A stretch of 40,313 bases of DNA, from assembly GCA_032718475.1 (NCBI GenBank), contig JAUCBJ010008184.1, positions 1-40,313 of the forward strand, in the 5' to 3' direction. Shown here one piece after another: positions 1-11,704 of this stretch. The position numbers were made by a program, and so were the translations under genes. Numbering within the stretch: position 1 is the stretch's first letter; the number at the start of each line of letters is the position of its first letter. The DNA is from Nemertoderma westbladi. Lineage: Eukaryota; Animalia; Xenacoelomorpha. The notes under the pieces were generated by a model. That model saw only the letters and a program-made list of their open reading frames with translations, had not been told where the DNA came from and did no database searches.

Positions 1-2505
1 GAATTTCGCAATCTCGCTAACTAAATCCAACTGTCCGCGTCCCTGTTCGGCGGCGTCGTCCAGTCGTTCCCTTCCGCGCGTTGTTCGTCGGTAGGAATTA
101 TTAACGGGATCTTCTTCTCGATGTGTCGGAGTCCGTCTAGTCTCCTGTTCTCTCCTCGGTGGTTGATGTTGTCTAGGTTGTTCCAACTCCACGCTGGTCC
201 GTGATCGATCCGACGGTTGCGCTTCGAGTCGTTCTTCGAGTTGAGCTATTCTGTCCGTCATCTCGGTGAACTGTTTAGCGCTGATCGTTTCCGCTGGTTT
301 CAACGTGGGTTTCTGTTGGGGTGTTTCTCGTGGAGGATTGTCGATATAGGGGTTCGTCGATCTCTCCTCTCGTTTGCAATCTTCCGCCGCTCCAGTACGG
401 AATATTTCCCGTTCCGTCGACTCCGAGTCACTAGATGAATCGCTGTCGTCCGGATAAGGTGGTTGGCGGGTTCGTGTCCGGCGTATTACTCTCGATTTCG
501 TCCGTTGTGGTCCGGAATCTACGGCTCTCCGTTGTTCGGTAGGCTCGCAAGCCTTCCACGAAGTCGTAGGTCTCGCTATACGTTGTCCGATCCCGTGGGT
601 ACTACCCACATCCATCCTCCTTCGTAGTTCGGTAGGCTCGCAAGCCTTCCACTAAGTCGTAGGTTGCGTCGAACATTGTGTCAACGGTCGAGAGAAATAG
701 TCGGGTTTCGTAGTCGGTCTGTAAATAACTGGATTTGCACAGCACGTCACAGGTTTAACTTGTAATGGTTTACTCACCTGTTTAATGGTCATAAACGCAG
801 GTTCCTCTCTTCCTACAAGTAGACTACGACTTACTGTAGGTGGACTAGTTATGTTACCTGCTAAAATTGGCAATGAAGTCGCCCTAGGTTGCGGTAATTC
901 CGTCACAACAAACCTGTTGCCTTGCGTCGAACGCACAGGCGTTATTTCCTTAGGTTTCGTAACGAAGACCGGTTTTATCGGAGTCGTGGGTTTGAGCATA
1001 GGAATAACTTGGGGAAAACGTTTACAGTAATCCTCGACGAACTCCTCTCCTCGATCTATCGCTCCCACGCTTCCTTCCTCGATCCGCTTTTGTATTCCGC
1101 GATATCGAGCTTCCATACGATCCAGGGCAGACAAGTCGTGTCCAGTTCGCGATCTCATAGATCTATCTCTCGCGTCGAGTTCGAGGTCCGCTTGCGCGTT
1201 CGCTGTCTCGCGCGATCTACGATTCAATTCGAACTGTAGTTGCATCTCCCTTTCGCGTCGATCTGCGTCCTGTTGTTGTGCCGCTAATTCCGCTTCCTGT
1301 ATAGCTAATCGAGCGTTTATTTGCCGCGCCTCCAACTTGGCACGAGCGTCGGATGCTGCTTTCTTCCGTGCTAACTCAGCTGCGTTTACCGCCGCAACTC
1401 GTGCTAACTCGTCGGCTGCCGTCTGTCGTGCTAACTCGTCAGCTGCTGCCGCCTGTCGTGCTAACTCGTCGGCTGCTGCCGCTTCTCGCACTAAGTCCTC
1501 CTCTAGTCTGCGCATTTCCGAAGCTTCGAATTCAGCTTGCGCCTTGAGTTGTGCAATTCTTGCTTCCGCTTCTCTATGTTGTTTCTCTCCTTCGATGGCG
1601 ATCTGTGCCATCCGGTGTCGCGCTTCTTCCTCGGCGACTTGTTGTCGGCGTGCAACCTCCTGTTGTTGTCGAGTAATTCCAGACGCTGTTCTACTAACGT
1701 CGCCAACGTTGCCAACGTCGCTCCGTACGCTAACGAACGATCTATCCAGTGGTGGATGTTGGTAGGCTCGCGAGCCTTCCGTAGTGAGAACTTCCGTCGT
1801 CCCTCGCGGTTCGACTTCCGGTTCGTCGATCGGTACGCCGCATCTACGAAGAAAATTGGTCAGCGTTTCCAACCTTCCGTCCAGGCAGTAGAGTTCTTCT
1901 TCCTCTTCGGGTTGTAACAACGCGTCCGAAACTGACTCACCTAGCAGTTGGTCGAACTGCTCCTGTTGAGCCAATCTTATCACCGACTTAAACTGGATAA
2001 GGCTTTCTCTCGCACTTACCAATTTATCTACTATCTTTACCTGAGTAAAGTTGTCGCCACGCAACTCTGCAAGTTCGTGCAAACCTTTAAGTTTATCTAC
2101 GGAGGCATGTACCCTACTTTCTATCCTTACCTGTAAGGTGTAGAACTCGTATCTCGACATCGGGGCGGTTAACTCGCGTAAAACGCGAAAACCTTCTCCG
2201 AGGTTCCGAGTAATCTGGGCCATGTGTCCTCCTATACTTCTAATAACGTTCTCCTGGCTTCCAGTCGAACTTACCATGTCCGGTTCCCGCGATCTAGTCT
2301 GCGGGACGGTAAGGAAATCTTCGATTCTGCCGTCGCCACGCGTTGCGGCTTCCGGTATTTCCGTTCGGGGTACCGGCGACGCAAGCGGTGTGACATCGGT
2401 GGAATCTCGGGTTCTCCTTCTCGGTTCGTCTACTGTCGATCTGTCCGGGTCGCACGAGTCATAGTCGGTAGGTGGGTATCTCGTCGAATGGGGTGTGTCA
2501 CTCAT
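1..2505 (-). pseudogene. Gag-like polyprotein N-terminus (helical domain, Ala/Glu/Arg coiled coil, Pro/Ser linker) with one in-frame TAG at 652-654
   Basis: ORF 2505-652. After the TAG the same frame stays open to base 1 (WKACEPTE...PPYPDDSDSSSDSES...LVSEIAKF). A nearby duplicate of the motif reads PTT-S(TCG)-WKACEPTE. Confidence 0.7.
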
Positions 2506-5049
2506 GTCTTATTATATACGTCAAATACGGGTAATAAAATGTCAAAGTGTCTGAATGTTGAAGTGTCAAACTTACCTAACCGGTACAAATAAATCAACAA
2601 GTCAGAATGTCGAAATGTCAAAATGTCGAAATGTACGAATGTCAAACTTACCTTGATATATATATATATCATATATATACCCTAACCGGTACAAATAAAC
2701 TAACAAAGTATATAATAAAATAAGTAGTAATCTAGCCTACCGGCTAAATTTGTACGAATAAATGAGATAACGGTATACGTTAACAAAATATAGATCAACA
2801 AGTATAAACAATAGGCCAAACAGCAACGTCTAAAGGGAAAATATGTACCAACAACACTACTAATAGACAGTGAAACCCACAAATTTTGAGTACTACTGTG
2901 CTTTCTTAAGTTTGAACGACGCGAGTCGTAAAACTTACGTTCCTTTGATCTTCCAGTCGTACAAATTCCCAAATACAAACCGGACGTGGGTCTTTCCGTT
3001 TTTCGGCGGCGCGGACGAATTTATTGTCTCCCAAACTTTGCGAAAAGCGGTCTAATCCTCGAAGCGGTCCAGAAATGAGTCCTTGAGTCCTGAAAAGGTC
3101 GAAGGTGAGAGTTTTACTTCTACGCTTACGAAAAATCTTCCTAGGTACCGATACAAATTGGTCTTTAAACCCTATGTACCTTTTCAAGTACCGAAAAGTA
3201 ACACCGCACACACACGGCGTAAAACAAAGTGCTACAAACTAACTGTTAGCTAGTCAAATATTAAATACGAAAGTACTAGCTACCCTAAAAGCCTACTGAA
3301 GCAGGGGACGTTCTAAATTACTAAATTTACTAACCTTAATTTTTAAATATCTCCTACTTTCAATAGCTAACAGATCTAAACTATACTATACGCTACGGCG
3401 GAAATACTATATACTAATTTATATAAATACTTCCTACTGTAAGGGTCCAGTAGTATACCGCTTACCAGATCCTAGTAACGATGTATCTTACTATGAGACT
3501 CTAGTAATGTATACGGGCTTGTACAGTATCTGACAACAAATCCCAGTCCAGGATATCCAAACAAACAGATATAGTACACAAACGACTACTGGCGAGGAAC
3601 AGAGCCTTGTATCTATTCTATGTACATGAGCGGGTCTAATGCCTACGTACTAGACAGAAGGATACCTGTCCTCTAACCGGTGAGGCAGATGTACAGTTAC
3701 AGTAACAGACCAAACTCACGGGAAAACAATCCCCGCGCAGCGAATCCTAACTATCACTGACAGTCCTAAATACAGTAACTTGCCGCGGTGTGATTTATAT
3801 GGTTTATATACGAACTAGGTGGTTAACAGACCTAGTGTAACAATGCTGATCATCCCTGTCAAAATCAGCCTAAAGGTCGTGCCTAAATGTAACGATAACT
3901 GATCCCCCTGTACGAAATCAGTCTAAAGGGTCAGGCCTAAATGTAACAATACCGTTGTCCAGACAAACAACAGTTTAATAACGAAAGTGAAATACTCCTT
4001 ATTGTGCCGCAACTAAATCAGATCCTAATTTTACAAATACAGATAATTTCCACCTAAAGTAATGTATAGTGCGCTATAGCTAGTAGAACTTTAAGGGCAA
4101 TATGTTTTAGGGCGTGTGTGTGTGGGTGTGTTACAAATAAAACAATTTCGTGTAATTCCTTTACTAGGTTTTAGTGATTTTCTGACTAAGTGATACCGTG
4201 CGCTAGCTACTAAAATAAACTAGTCGCGTTTGTAGAACTTTATACTCACGAATGACGTCAAAGCTCTCTCCTTCCTATCCACAACCCAATGGGCAACCAC
4301 AGTGTTAGTAACTACACCCGTGATCGGCACTAATACCAGATTCTGGTTGTAAGATAAGAATAGGGGTTAATCGCTACCGTACGTTAGCTGATCTGGTATA
4401 CTAATTTAATTCTAGAACTTTGTTGCTGCGGTAGTTAGCAGCAATACCTATCAGTACGTGGCAAGGCGCGGTAGGATATTAATAAACCTCCCTAGGCCAA
4501 GCAGTGTGCCGGTAGCAGAAATACTCCTTGCCTGATCAAATAGCTAACTCCAGACAGGGGGGGGGGGGGGGTACTAATGTACGTTCTACAAAGCGAACCG
4601 GTACCAAACAGTCAGTGCTACGAATCACTAAATTATGGAACATATGCTGTCCGTACCTAATATGTACTCGCGTACTGACGAATGGCAATAGTTCGCACCT
4701 GTAGGAAGTACAGGTTAACCCAGGGATTCGTAGGACTTGACAAAGGGGGGGGGGTTGTCTGGATATAATTATTTGATCCTAAATTTGCGGCGTCCAGTAC
4801 GATGTCACGCTTGCCCTGATCTATAGGTCTTACGGCGGGCAAGGGCGTCGAACAAAGTCTTACCTTCTCACAAAGCGGGCGCTGCATAGCAAGTGGAGTA
4901 TTTCGAAAGGCAAAGGGGGTGCGCGGTCAATCCAAATGTGGGCGCTAGCGTGTTGTGGACATCCCTTCCCTGCGTTGCTTACGGCCTAACGATCTAGGCT
5001 GCCATCTCCCTGGTGTTCGGCTGTCCCGAAGTCGGACCAAAAGAAAACA

Positions 5050-5716
5050 TGTCAGGAAATTGCAGTATATTTACAGTTTTACAAAAGGATTTATCAAATA
5101 AAGTTTCAACAAGAAACCGAAATAAACTAATAACAATTTAGGAATCGAAGGGGTAGCAATAACGACAGTAAGAGTGTGTTATAAGGGGTGATAACCGAAG
5201 GCAATCGGCCTTTTTATACTAGAAATTGCACATGGAAACTAAACAGAATTTTCCACAGCTTCACCATTGAGCAATGAAGTGCTTCGTGCCCTATGATTGG
5301 CCCAGCTCATCGTTCAACGCAGTCCAGCCCTTACACTAATCTGGGACATGGAATCCTAACAGAATTTTCCACTGCCTCACATTTGAGCAATAAGATAATT
5401 TATGCCCTATGATTGGCCTGGCTCATCATTTGCTACGCTGTACGCTTCTCATTGGCCTACCAATTAGCACCACACGAAAATAAATGGCCCCAAAATACAA
5501 ATTTCCCGACTGGGATTCGAACTCGTAACCTACGTAATGTAACCAACGCCTTAACCATCTGACCACTACGCCACGAGAGTACCTAAGGGTTTTATGTGTA
5601 CAAATATGAATAGGCATATTACATTACTGTAACTTAATCAAAATACGTCGGATTTTCAAAAGTTTTTACGTTAAAGTTAAACTACAAATGCTACCTTATA
5701 GTGAAATAATTCATCA
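5050..5716 (-). repeat. Putative 5' LTR of the left-hand element (outer boundary uncertain: 5623, 5686 or 5716)
   Basis: TG...CA ends; minus-strand TATAAAA at ~5212-5218; CCAAT boxes in a ~116-bp tandem duplication (5231-5320 / 5347-5440). The adjacent RTE ORF stops at ~5721. No partner LTR in the window. Confidence 0.5.
5505..5572 (-). other. tRNA-derived sequence with Pol III A and B boxes (SINE head or LTR-embedded); not a functional tRNA
   Basis: GGCGTAG-TGGTCAGATGG-TTAAGGCG...GAGTTCGAATCCC. Acceptor and anticodon stems do not close. Confidence 0.7.
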
Positions 5717-5720
5717 GTTG

Positions 5721-6797
5721 ACCTTTAGTCCAAATTGGTGGTGGCTTTTCCCCTTTTAACATCCGGTTGCAAATATTCAATAATGGTCTGTTTAGCACTC
5801 CGGTTTTCCATATCTCTGCTGGGATTTCATCTAATCCACTCGCTTTATTATTGGACATGCTTTTAATGCTTCTTTGGAGTTCGGCAGGTATGAAGTCCCC
5901 TGTTTCTATAGGTAGTGTCTTGTCATATATTTTCATTGTAGGGCTGACCTCGATGTTTGGTGGCTGCCCAAGCAACTTGCTGAAGTGATTTTTCCACTTC
6001 CCAACACGTTATTCAGGACTATCGGCTTTGAGGCGCCCCTTTGCACAACTTTTCCGACCAGATACCTCATTTACAGTTTGCCAGGTAAGTCTTGATTGTT
6101 GCTGTATGTGAGCAGTTGTAATTGCTTCAGTTTTATCCTGTATGTACTTTTCCTGGCTGATGTTGTAGGCCAATTAAGATCGTCCTTAGCTTTCTCAACC
6201 TTGTTAATGTTTTCGGTTGTTGGTTGGTCGGTTTTAACTTTGTAGGCTATCTTAAGATCTTCTCTCTTACAAGTAACCTCCGAGTTTTGCCATGGCATAT
6301 ACTGTTTTTGTTTGGTTTTCTGGGGGATATGCCTCTTAGCTGATTCCTTGTGGGCTGTTATTATATTCTGGTATATTGAATCGGTGGATTGGTCTTCATC
6401 CATTGACTGAAGTGCTTCAAAGCGGTTTTGAACTTCTACTGTGTAAGCATCCTTTACAGCATTGTCAGTTCTGAGTTTCCCCCAGTCATAGTTGATTTGC
6501 TTGCTTGTCCTGGGTTTGCTGGCTCTCAAACTGAGTCTGATCTCTGCAGTCACTATTCTGTGGTCCGAACCAATTAGGTTGAACGAGCTGTATGCCTCGC
6601 AGTTGATCATGCTGTTTCTCCACTTTTTGTTTATAAGGATGTAAACCAGTTTGTGCTTTGGTTCCATTAGGGTATTTAAAGGTCCATAGCTTTCCCTTAC
6701 TCTTTTCGAATGTGTTTTTTGTTGGTATCAATTCACATTCTTCCATTAGGTCTAAAAGTAAGTACCCATTTCTGTTAGAACTGGTGTTTATATATGA
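5721..6797 (-). mobile_element. RTE-clade-like non-LTR retrotransposon fragment (APE endonuclease C-terminus, linker, start of RT); frameshifted
   Basis: NRNG..LL..GKLWTFKYPNGTKAQ / YILINKKWRNS..GSDHRIV / NNKASGLDEIPAEIWK..WTKG spread across ORFs 6746, 6667 and 5975. Confidence 0.85.
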
Positions 6798-7143
6798 CTA
6801 CAGTAAAACATCCCTGCTGAAGCGCATCCAATTGAATTCCTTAACTGCTCAACAATTTATGAATTGTGATTTCATCCTTGAATGTTATAACTACTATTTT
6901 CATTTTGCCTAAAGCGTGAGCAGCTTTCTTTTTACTTCAACATTCTCAGAACCACCAACCTCACCTGAAACTCTATTTCTGTTTCTCTTTAAACACATTT
7001 TATGATTTAAGGTGACATATTCTTATAGTCAGTTTAAAAAAAACATAATAAAAATAGATTACTTTTTAAATTGAGTGTGAAATTAAAAAATGAATTTCTA
7101 ATCAAAATCGTTATAAACTAACTGCAGTATAACTATAACCAAC

Positions 7144-7273
7144 CTGCGGGTTCATCTACATAGTTGGGGATATTTATTCTCAAGTAAATCATAGATGTAT
7201 AGGCCGGTAAATTTATGATGATAAAAGCCAAACTTGTACAAATCAGCATAATTGTAAGTTGCCTTTCCTTTAC
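7144..7273 (-). CDS. Class A GPCR exon (ICL3-TM6-ECL3)
   Basis: ttgaag|VKERQLTIMLICTSLAFIIINLPAYTSMIYLRINIPNYVDEPA|gttggt; 130 nt, phase 0 to 1. Confidence 0.85.
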
Positions 7274-7849
7274 CTTCAAACAAACGATTTATGTTTATAT
7301 ATACGTAATATATATGTAATAAATAAAATAAATTAAGTTATATATAAATGATAATAAATAGCACAAATTAATAAATTAAAAAATAATAAAGCTAAAATAT
7401 TATATATGACTAGACTATCCCGTGTTGTTAGCGGGTGCGGGAGGGGGAGTTAGGAGATTATCATATACATTATCATTATTATTATTATCTATAATAATAT
7501 AAATAATATATATTTATTACCTAGGTTACTACTACTTTACATAATTATATTGTACTTTTAATTTAATAATGCCCATATTTGAAAAAGATAAAGAGAATTA
7601 TCGAAAGCTCATAAAATAATAAAAAATCATAATTTAAGTGATTGAACATCAGTCACTTCGACTCGACAACCCATCAATTCGACAACTTTTCTTACACCTG
7701 GCAGAGCCGGATTTTCTAATTTATGAGCTATTTCGATATAACAAGCCGTTAAAAAAACATTTTTTGCAACATTTAAACATCTCCGTTTACGGAGCCCGGG
7801 AATGGACATGAAAAAAATATTCTAACACGAGTGCTCTCCTCATGTTAAT

Positions 7850-8060
7850 TAACACGAGCCCTCGTGTTAACTAACACGAGCCCTCGTGTTAACTAACACG
7901 AGCCCTCGTGTTAACTAACACGAGCCCTCGTGTTAACTAACACGAGCCCTCGTGTTAACTAACACGAGCCCTCGTGTTAACTAACACGAGCCCTCGTGTT
8001 AACTAACACGAGCCCTCTTGTTAACTAACATGAGCCCTCTTGTTAACTAACACGAGCCCT
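7850..8060. repeat. 22-bp tandem minisatellite (~9.5 copies) with a near-palindromic unit
   Basis: Unit TAACACGAG-CC-CTCGTGTTA-AC; no spacers. Confidence 0.95.
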
Positions 8061-8974
8061 CCCAGGATGACGCCATCTACTCGCTTCCCATTCCCTCTAC
8101 ACAAGCCTAGTAGCTCAAGCGTAGCAGGGACGCCACAGTTGAGGAGTGCCTGGAGAAACCATGCCGTTCATCAGTGAGTGGCGCAGAAGTCTGCTGAGGC
8201 TCCTTGAGCAGGAAAGACCATGGAGGCCATCCAACAGAACATCCTTGCTACACCAGGCACAGCTTGGTCATCCTACTCCTTAGACATGTGCCGACCGAGA
8301 TCCGGAACTGCGAGACCATCAGCTTCAGTCCCAGAGAGCTGACGGGGATGGCATCAAGCCAGCAACCTGCGGCAGGGTGGTCCAGGGAATTTAACCTTGC
8401 CACCCTGGATTGACTACCGCAGGGCTTTTAGCCAGGTGTCGTGGACAGGGGCCAGGAAGGCCCACTGTTGTTGCTGCGAGCGGGAAGGCAGCGGGGACAG
8501 GTGGCATCGGTGATGGTGGTGGTAACATCGTAGGTGGTGGCGTCGTGGGTGGTGGGGGCGTCGCGGGTGGTGGCGTTGTGGACGGTGGTGATGGCGTCGT
8601 AGATGGTGGCGGTGGCGTCGCGGGTGGTGGTGGTGGCATCGTGGGTGGTGGTGTTGCAGATGTAGGTAGTGGCGTTGCGGACGGTGGTATCATGGACAGA
8701 GGTGGTGGTGTTGCAGGTGGCGGTGGTGGCATCGCGGGTGGTGGCGTCGCGGATGTAGGTGGTGGTGTTGCGGATGGTGCTGGTGGCGTCGTGGATGTAG
8801 GTGGTGGCGTCGCGGGTGGTGGTGGTGGTGGCGTCGCGAGTGGTGGTGGTGGCGTTGCGGGTGGTGGCATTGCGGTCATTGGTGGTGGCGTTGTGGGTGG
8901 TGGCGCAGCAGACGACCCGAGGACTGTCAACCACGCAGCGAGGCCACGGTTGTAGCAGGGGAAGGGGGGGTCCA
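8061..8974 (-). mobile_element. Degenerate CRE-clade non-LTR retroposon fragment (CCHC knuckle and start of the restriction-like endonuclease), with an expanded Pro/Thr-coding repeat at ~8500-8905
   Basis: Manual translation across frameshifts: ARLNSLDHPAAGCWLDAIPVSSLGLKL..QFRISVG / CAWC..DGLHGLSC..RHSLMN / ALLNCGVPATLELLGLCRGNGKRVDGVIL. This resembles the CRE pattern GAWL.ALP..GLHGLSC..RH..LEP.GL.R.DGKRPDG. Confidence 0.8.
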
Positions 8975-9723
8975 CTGGAAACTCATAGAGAGAGTAAGAG
9001 AGACAAATTATTAATTACATAATGAAAAAACATTAGAAATATAGCGATTTACGGCTCAAAATGTACAGCTTAACTTAGTATTATAATAATATATGGTAAT
9101 TTTTGGTGAAATTGAAAACTGATTTCAGATTCGGTATCTGCAGATGAAAGTGATTCTAATGTTATCTAGGTTACATTCAAAAGACGAGAAATAAAGCCGA
9201 AGGAAGTGGTTAAATATAGCAAAAAAGGCGTTTTTTAACGGCTTGTTGTATCGAAAAAGCTCATAAATCAAAAAATTATTGCTCTGCCAGCAGTAAGAAA
9301 AATTTTCAAACTATCATCACCAAATTTCAGAGCATGTGATTGAAATTTTAAAAAAATTAAGTGTGGGGCTCCGACCCCCTATAAATGGTTGTTCTATTAA
9401 GGGAGATTGTGTATATATATAAATAATTTAGTATGAAGAAATTCGTAATCCGCGAAAACGATAACTGCTACAAACCCCCACCTCCTACATCTCGATACTT
9501 AAATTATTCATGGTTTTCGTTCAATAATATAAAATGATAGAACAAATATAAAGTATTGAGGGTGTTCTTTAGGTGGTTATATTATATTAAATAAAGATAC
9601 AATAGTAATGATTTTCGACCTACCGGTTTGCATCAGACTATGTCCTAGTCTGATTTAATATAATATAACTAGCTAAAGACCCTCATTACTTAATTACCAA
9701 ATATAATATCACCATATACATAC

Positions 9724-9855
9724 TTTTCGCATATCTGACTTTGTCGTAATGGCTGTTTTTCCCAGAACTTTGTAAACTGTAGCAATATTCAGTGGGAGCA
9801 TAATTGCCGATGGTCCAATATAACTAATGATAACTTGGGCATAGTATATTTCGAC
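9724..9855 (-). CDS. Class A GPCR exon (TM5-ICL3)
   Basis: tttacag|VEIYYAQVIISYIGPSAIMLPLNIATVYKVLGKTAITTKSDMRK|gtatgt; 132 nt, phase 0 to 0. Confidence 0.85.
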
Positions 9856-10125
9856 CTGTAAATATGAAATTTATGGTGTACAACATGGTACTTATTCAGG
9901 GTACGTATTGGATGTGACAACTGCCTATATTATTATAGCCTATAGCCCAGTATTTTTAATTAGATTCAAACAATTTAATAAAAATGAAATGTGGTGAGCT
10001 AAGCTAAATAAAATTATAATAATATTATAAAAAAACTAACTAAAATTTTAAAACAAACCGTAAATCCCTCATCAAAAGTCGAAGTCGGTTGACCCAAAGG
10101 CTATTTCGATAGCTACTAGGTACGA

Positions 10126-10520
10126 GTGGGCGTTACTCCTATCTGCTACCCGAATGTAGGGGAGGGCGCTACTCCTATCTGCTACCCGAGGGTAGAGGTG
10201 GGCGCTACTCAAATCTGCTACTCGAGGGTAGGAGTGGGCGCTACTCCTATTTGCTACCCGAAGGTATGGGTGGGCGATACTCCTATCTGCATCCCGAAGG
10301 TAGGGGTGGGTGCTACTCCTATCTTCTACCCGAAGGTAGGGGTGGGCGCTTCACCTATCTGCTACCCGAGGGTAGGTGTGGGCACTACTCCTATCTGCTA
10401 CCCGAAGGTAGGGGTAGGCGCTACTCCTATCTGCTACCTGAGGGTAGGGGTGGGCGCTACTCCTATCTGCTACCTGAGGGTAGGGGTGGGCGCTACTCCT
10501 ATCTGCTACCCGAGGCTAGG
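10126..10520. repeat. 36-bp tandem minisatellite (~11 copies)
   Basis: Unit GGTAGGGGTGGGCGCTACTCCTATCTGCTACCCGAR; no spacers. Confidence 0.95.
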
Positions 10521-11704
10521 GGTTTTAGAAGACTTTTTGATTTAACACTTTTGCATTTATGTAATTCTATCAAATTAATGTAGAGGAAAATAATCAAGAC
10601 ATCTTTAATACATTTTACTTGCTTGCAGTCTAGTAATCTCGTGTTCTCATTATTTACAAGGATTACATGATATATATCAAACTAGTAATACAATAAAATA
10701 GTTTCAGTTTAATACTTAGACCACAAACGCGCATATAGTGTGGGCATGTTCTCCGAAAATTTCAGCCAAAAGGCATTTAATGGTTGGCTATGAGCAAGTC
10801 GTAGACATTACGGCGCCAATTTCGGCCAATTTGAGACAATTTCTTAAGTGCTCTTGTTCTGTTACTATATATCGGATCGAGACTTTTACGTTTAAAGAAA
10901 AGAGGGAAGGTGGACCAGAAAGGAAGGAAGGGAAGGTGGAAGGCTTCACAAAATTTTAGATCCGGACCTCGGGTAATTTCAAGCGGGGGGGGGGGGGAAT
11001 TAATAAATCGGGAAAAAACCGGGAAAATTAATTTCCTCAAAATTGGCTCACTTTTTTCTTTTGAAACTTTAACACGTTATAGAACTACTCAAGGACTACA
11101 TTCTGCGTATAGAACGTTAAGCCTAAAAGATCTTACTTCTGGAGTGTAAATGGAATTTATCGAATCGAATATTTATCGAATATTTTTGTCAGCCAAAATT
11201 TCAGTTTTTTTTTTTTCAAAAAACGCAAAATTTAGGAAGCCAATATCTCCAGAACCGTTGTTCTAGGGGTTCCAAAAAAATAAATCAGTCTGATTTTTTG
11301 AGTTCTACAAATCCGCTATACATTGTTTTAAAAAAAATTTGAATCTTCAGGGACCATAGGGGGGACAAACTCTTTTTAAAAAGGGCCAAATTTTTTTTAC
11401 TAAATTGGCCATAAATTGGCCAAAAGTGGTTTTTATCACAAAATTTGTTCTTGCGCAACTTTTCGCAAAATTTCAGTGTTTTTTATTGTTGGCCAAAAAT
11501 CACGATTCTAACCCCCAGATAAAAATTACAGCATTTTCAATTCTGAAACTTTAAATGACAAAAAAAAATAATTTTTCAAAATCTCGTAAATATTTTTTGT
11601 ATCAACTTGTATTTTGTATTAGTAGCTGCTTACACATATTTTAAGATGTTTTAGGCACATTGTGATGGAATTGTGCCTATTATATTGTACCTATTATATT
11701 GTAA

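Larger units (their letters stand above)
1..5716 (-). mobile_element. 5' part of an LTR retrotransposon (probably BEL/Pao-like): putative LTR, ~2.5-kb leader and start of gag; runs off the window start
   Basis: Minus strand reads LTR-like end ...CCTGACA (5050), then TGTTTTCTTTTGGTCCG.., a long leader and a large coiled-coil ORF. The layout matches the complete BEL element at 13352-29629. No RT or integrase is visible in the window. Confidence 0.6.
7687..9301. repeat. ~80-bp imperfect inverted repeat pair (7687-7767 and 9219-9301)
   Basis: ttttcttac..ctggcagagc..atttatgagct.tttcgata.aacaagccgttaaaaaa..ttttttgc occurs on opposite strands. Confidence 0.85.
7410..9406 (-). mobile_element. Probable non-autonomous Helitron
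   Basis: Minus strand begins A|TCTCCCTTAATA (9406) and ends CCCGctaacaacaCGGG-atagt-CTAG|T (7435-7410). That is a 5'-TC, a 3' hairpin plus CTAG, an A/T insertion site and no TSD. Confidence 0.55.

Noticed and set aside
5505-5572. Functional tRNA gene
   Set aside because: A and B boxes are present but the cloverleaf stems do not pair.
6840-6964. Candidate final GPCR exon (tttcag|GEVGG..LLSS*), phase-compatible with the TM6 exon
   Set aside because: No hydrophobic TM7 or N..(P/F)..Y motif; at most a cryptic terminal exon.
8410-8955. Gly-rich plus-strand ORF as a structural protein
   Set aside because: It is the antisense reading of the Pro repeat inside the CRE remnant.
7850-10520. 22-bp and 36-bp hairpin repeats as CRISPR arrays
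   Set aside because: Units are head-to-tail with no unique spacers, there are no cas genes, and the context is eukaryotic.
10700-11600. Possible non-autonomous DNA transposon (A/T-run-rich texture; similar at 30140-30560)
   Set aside because: I could not identify TIRs, a TSD or coding remnants.
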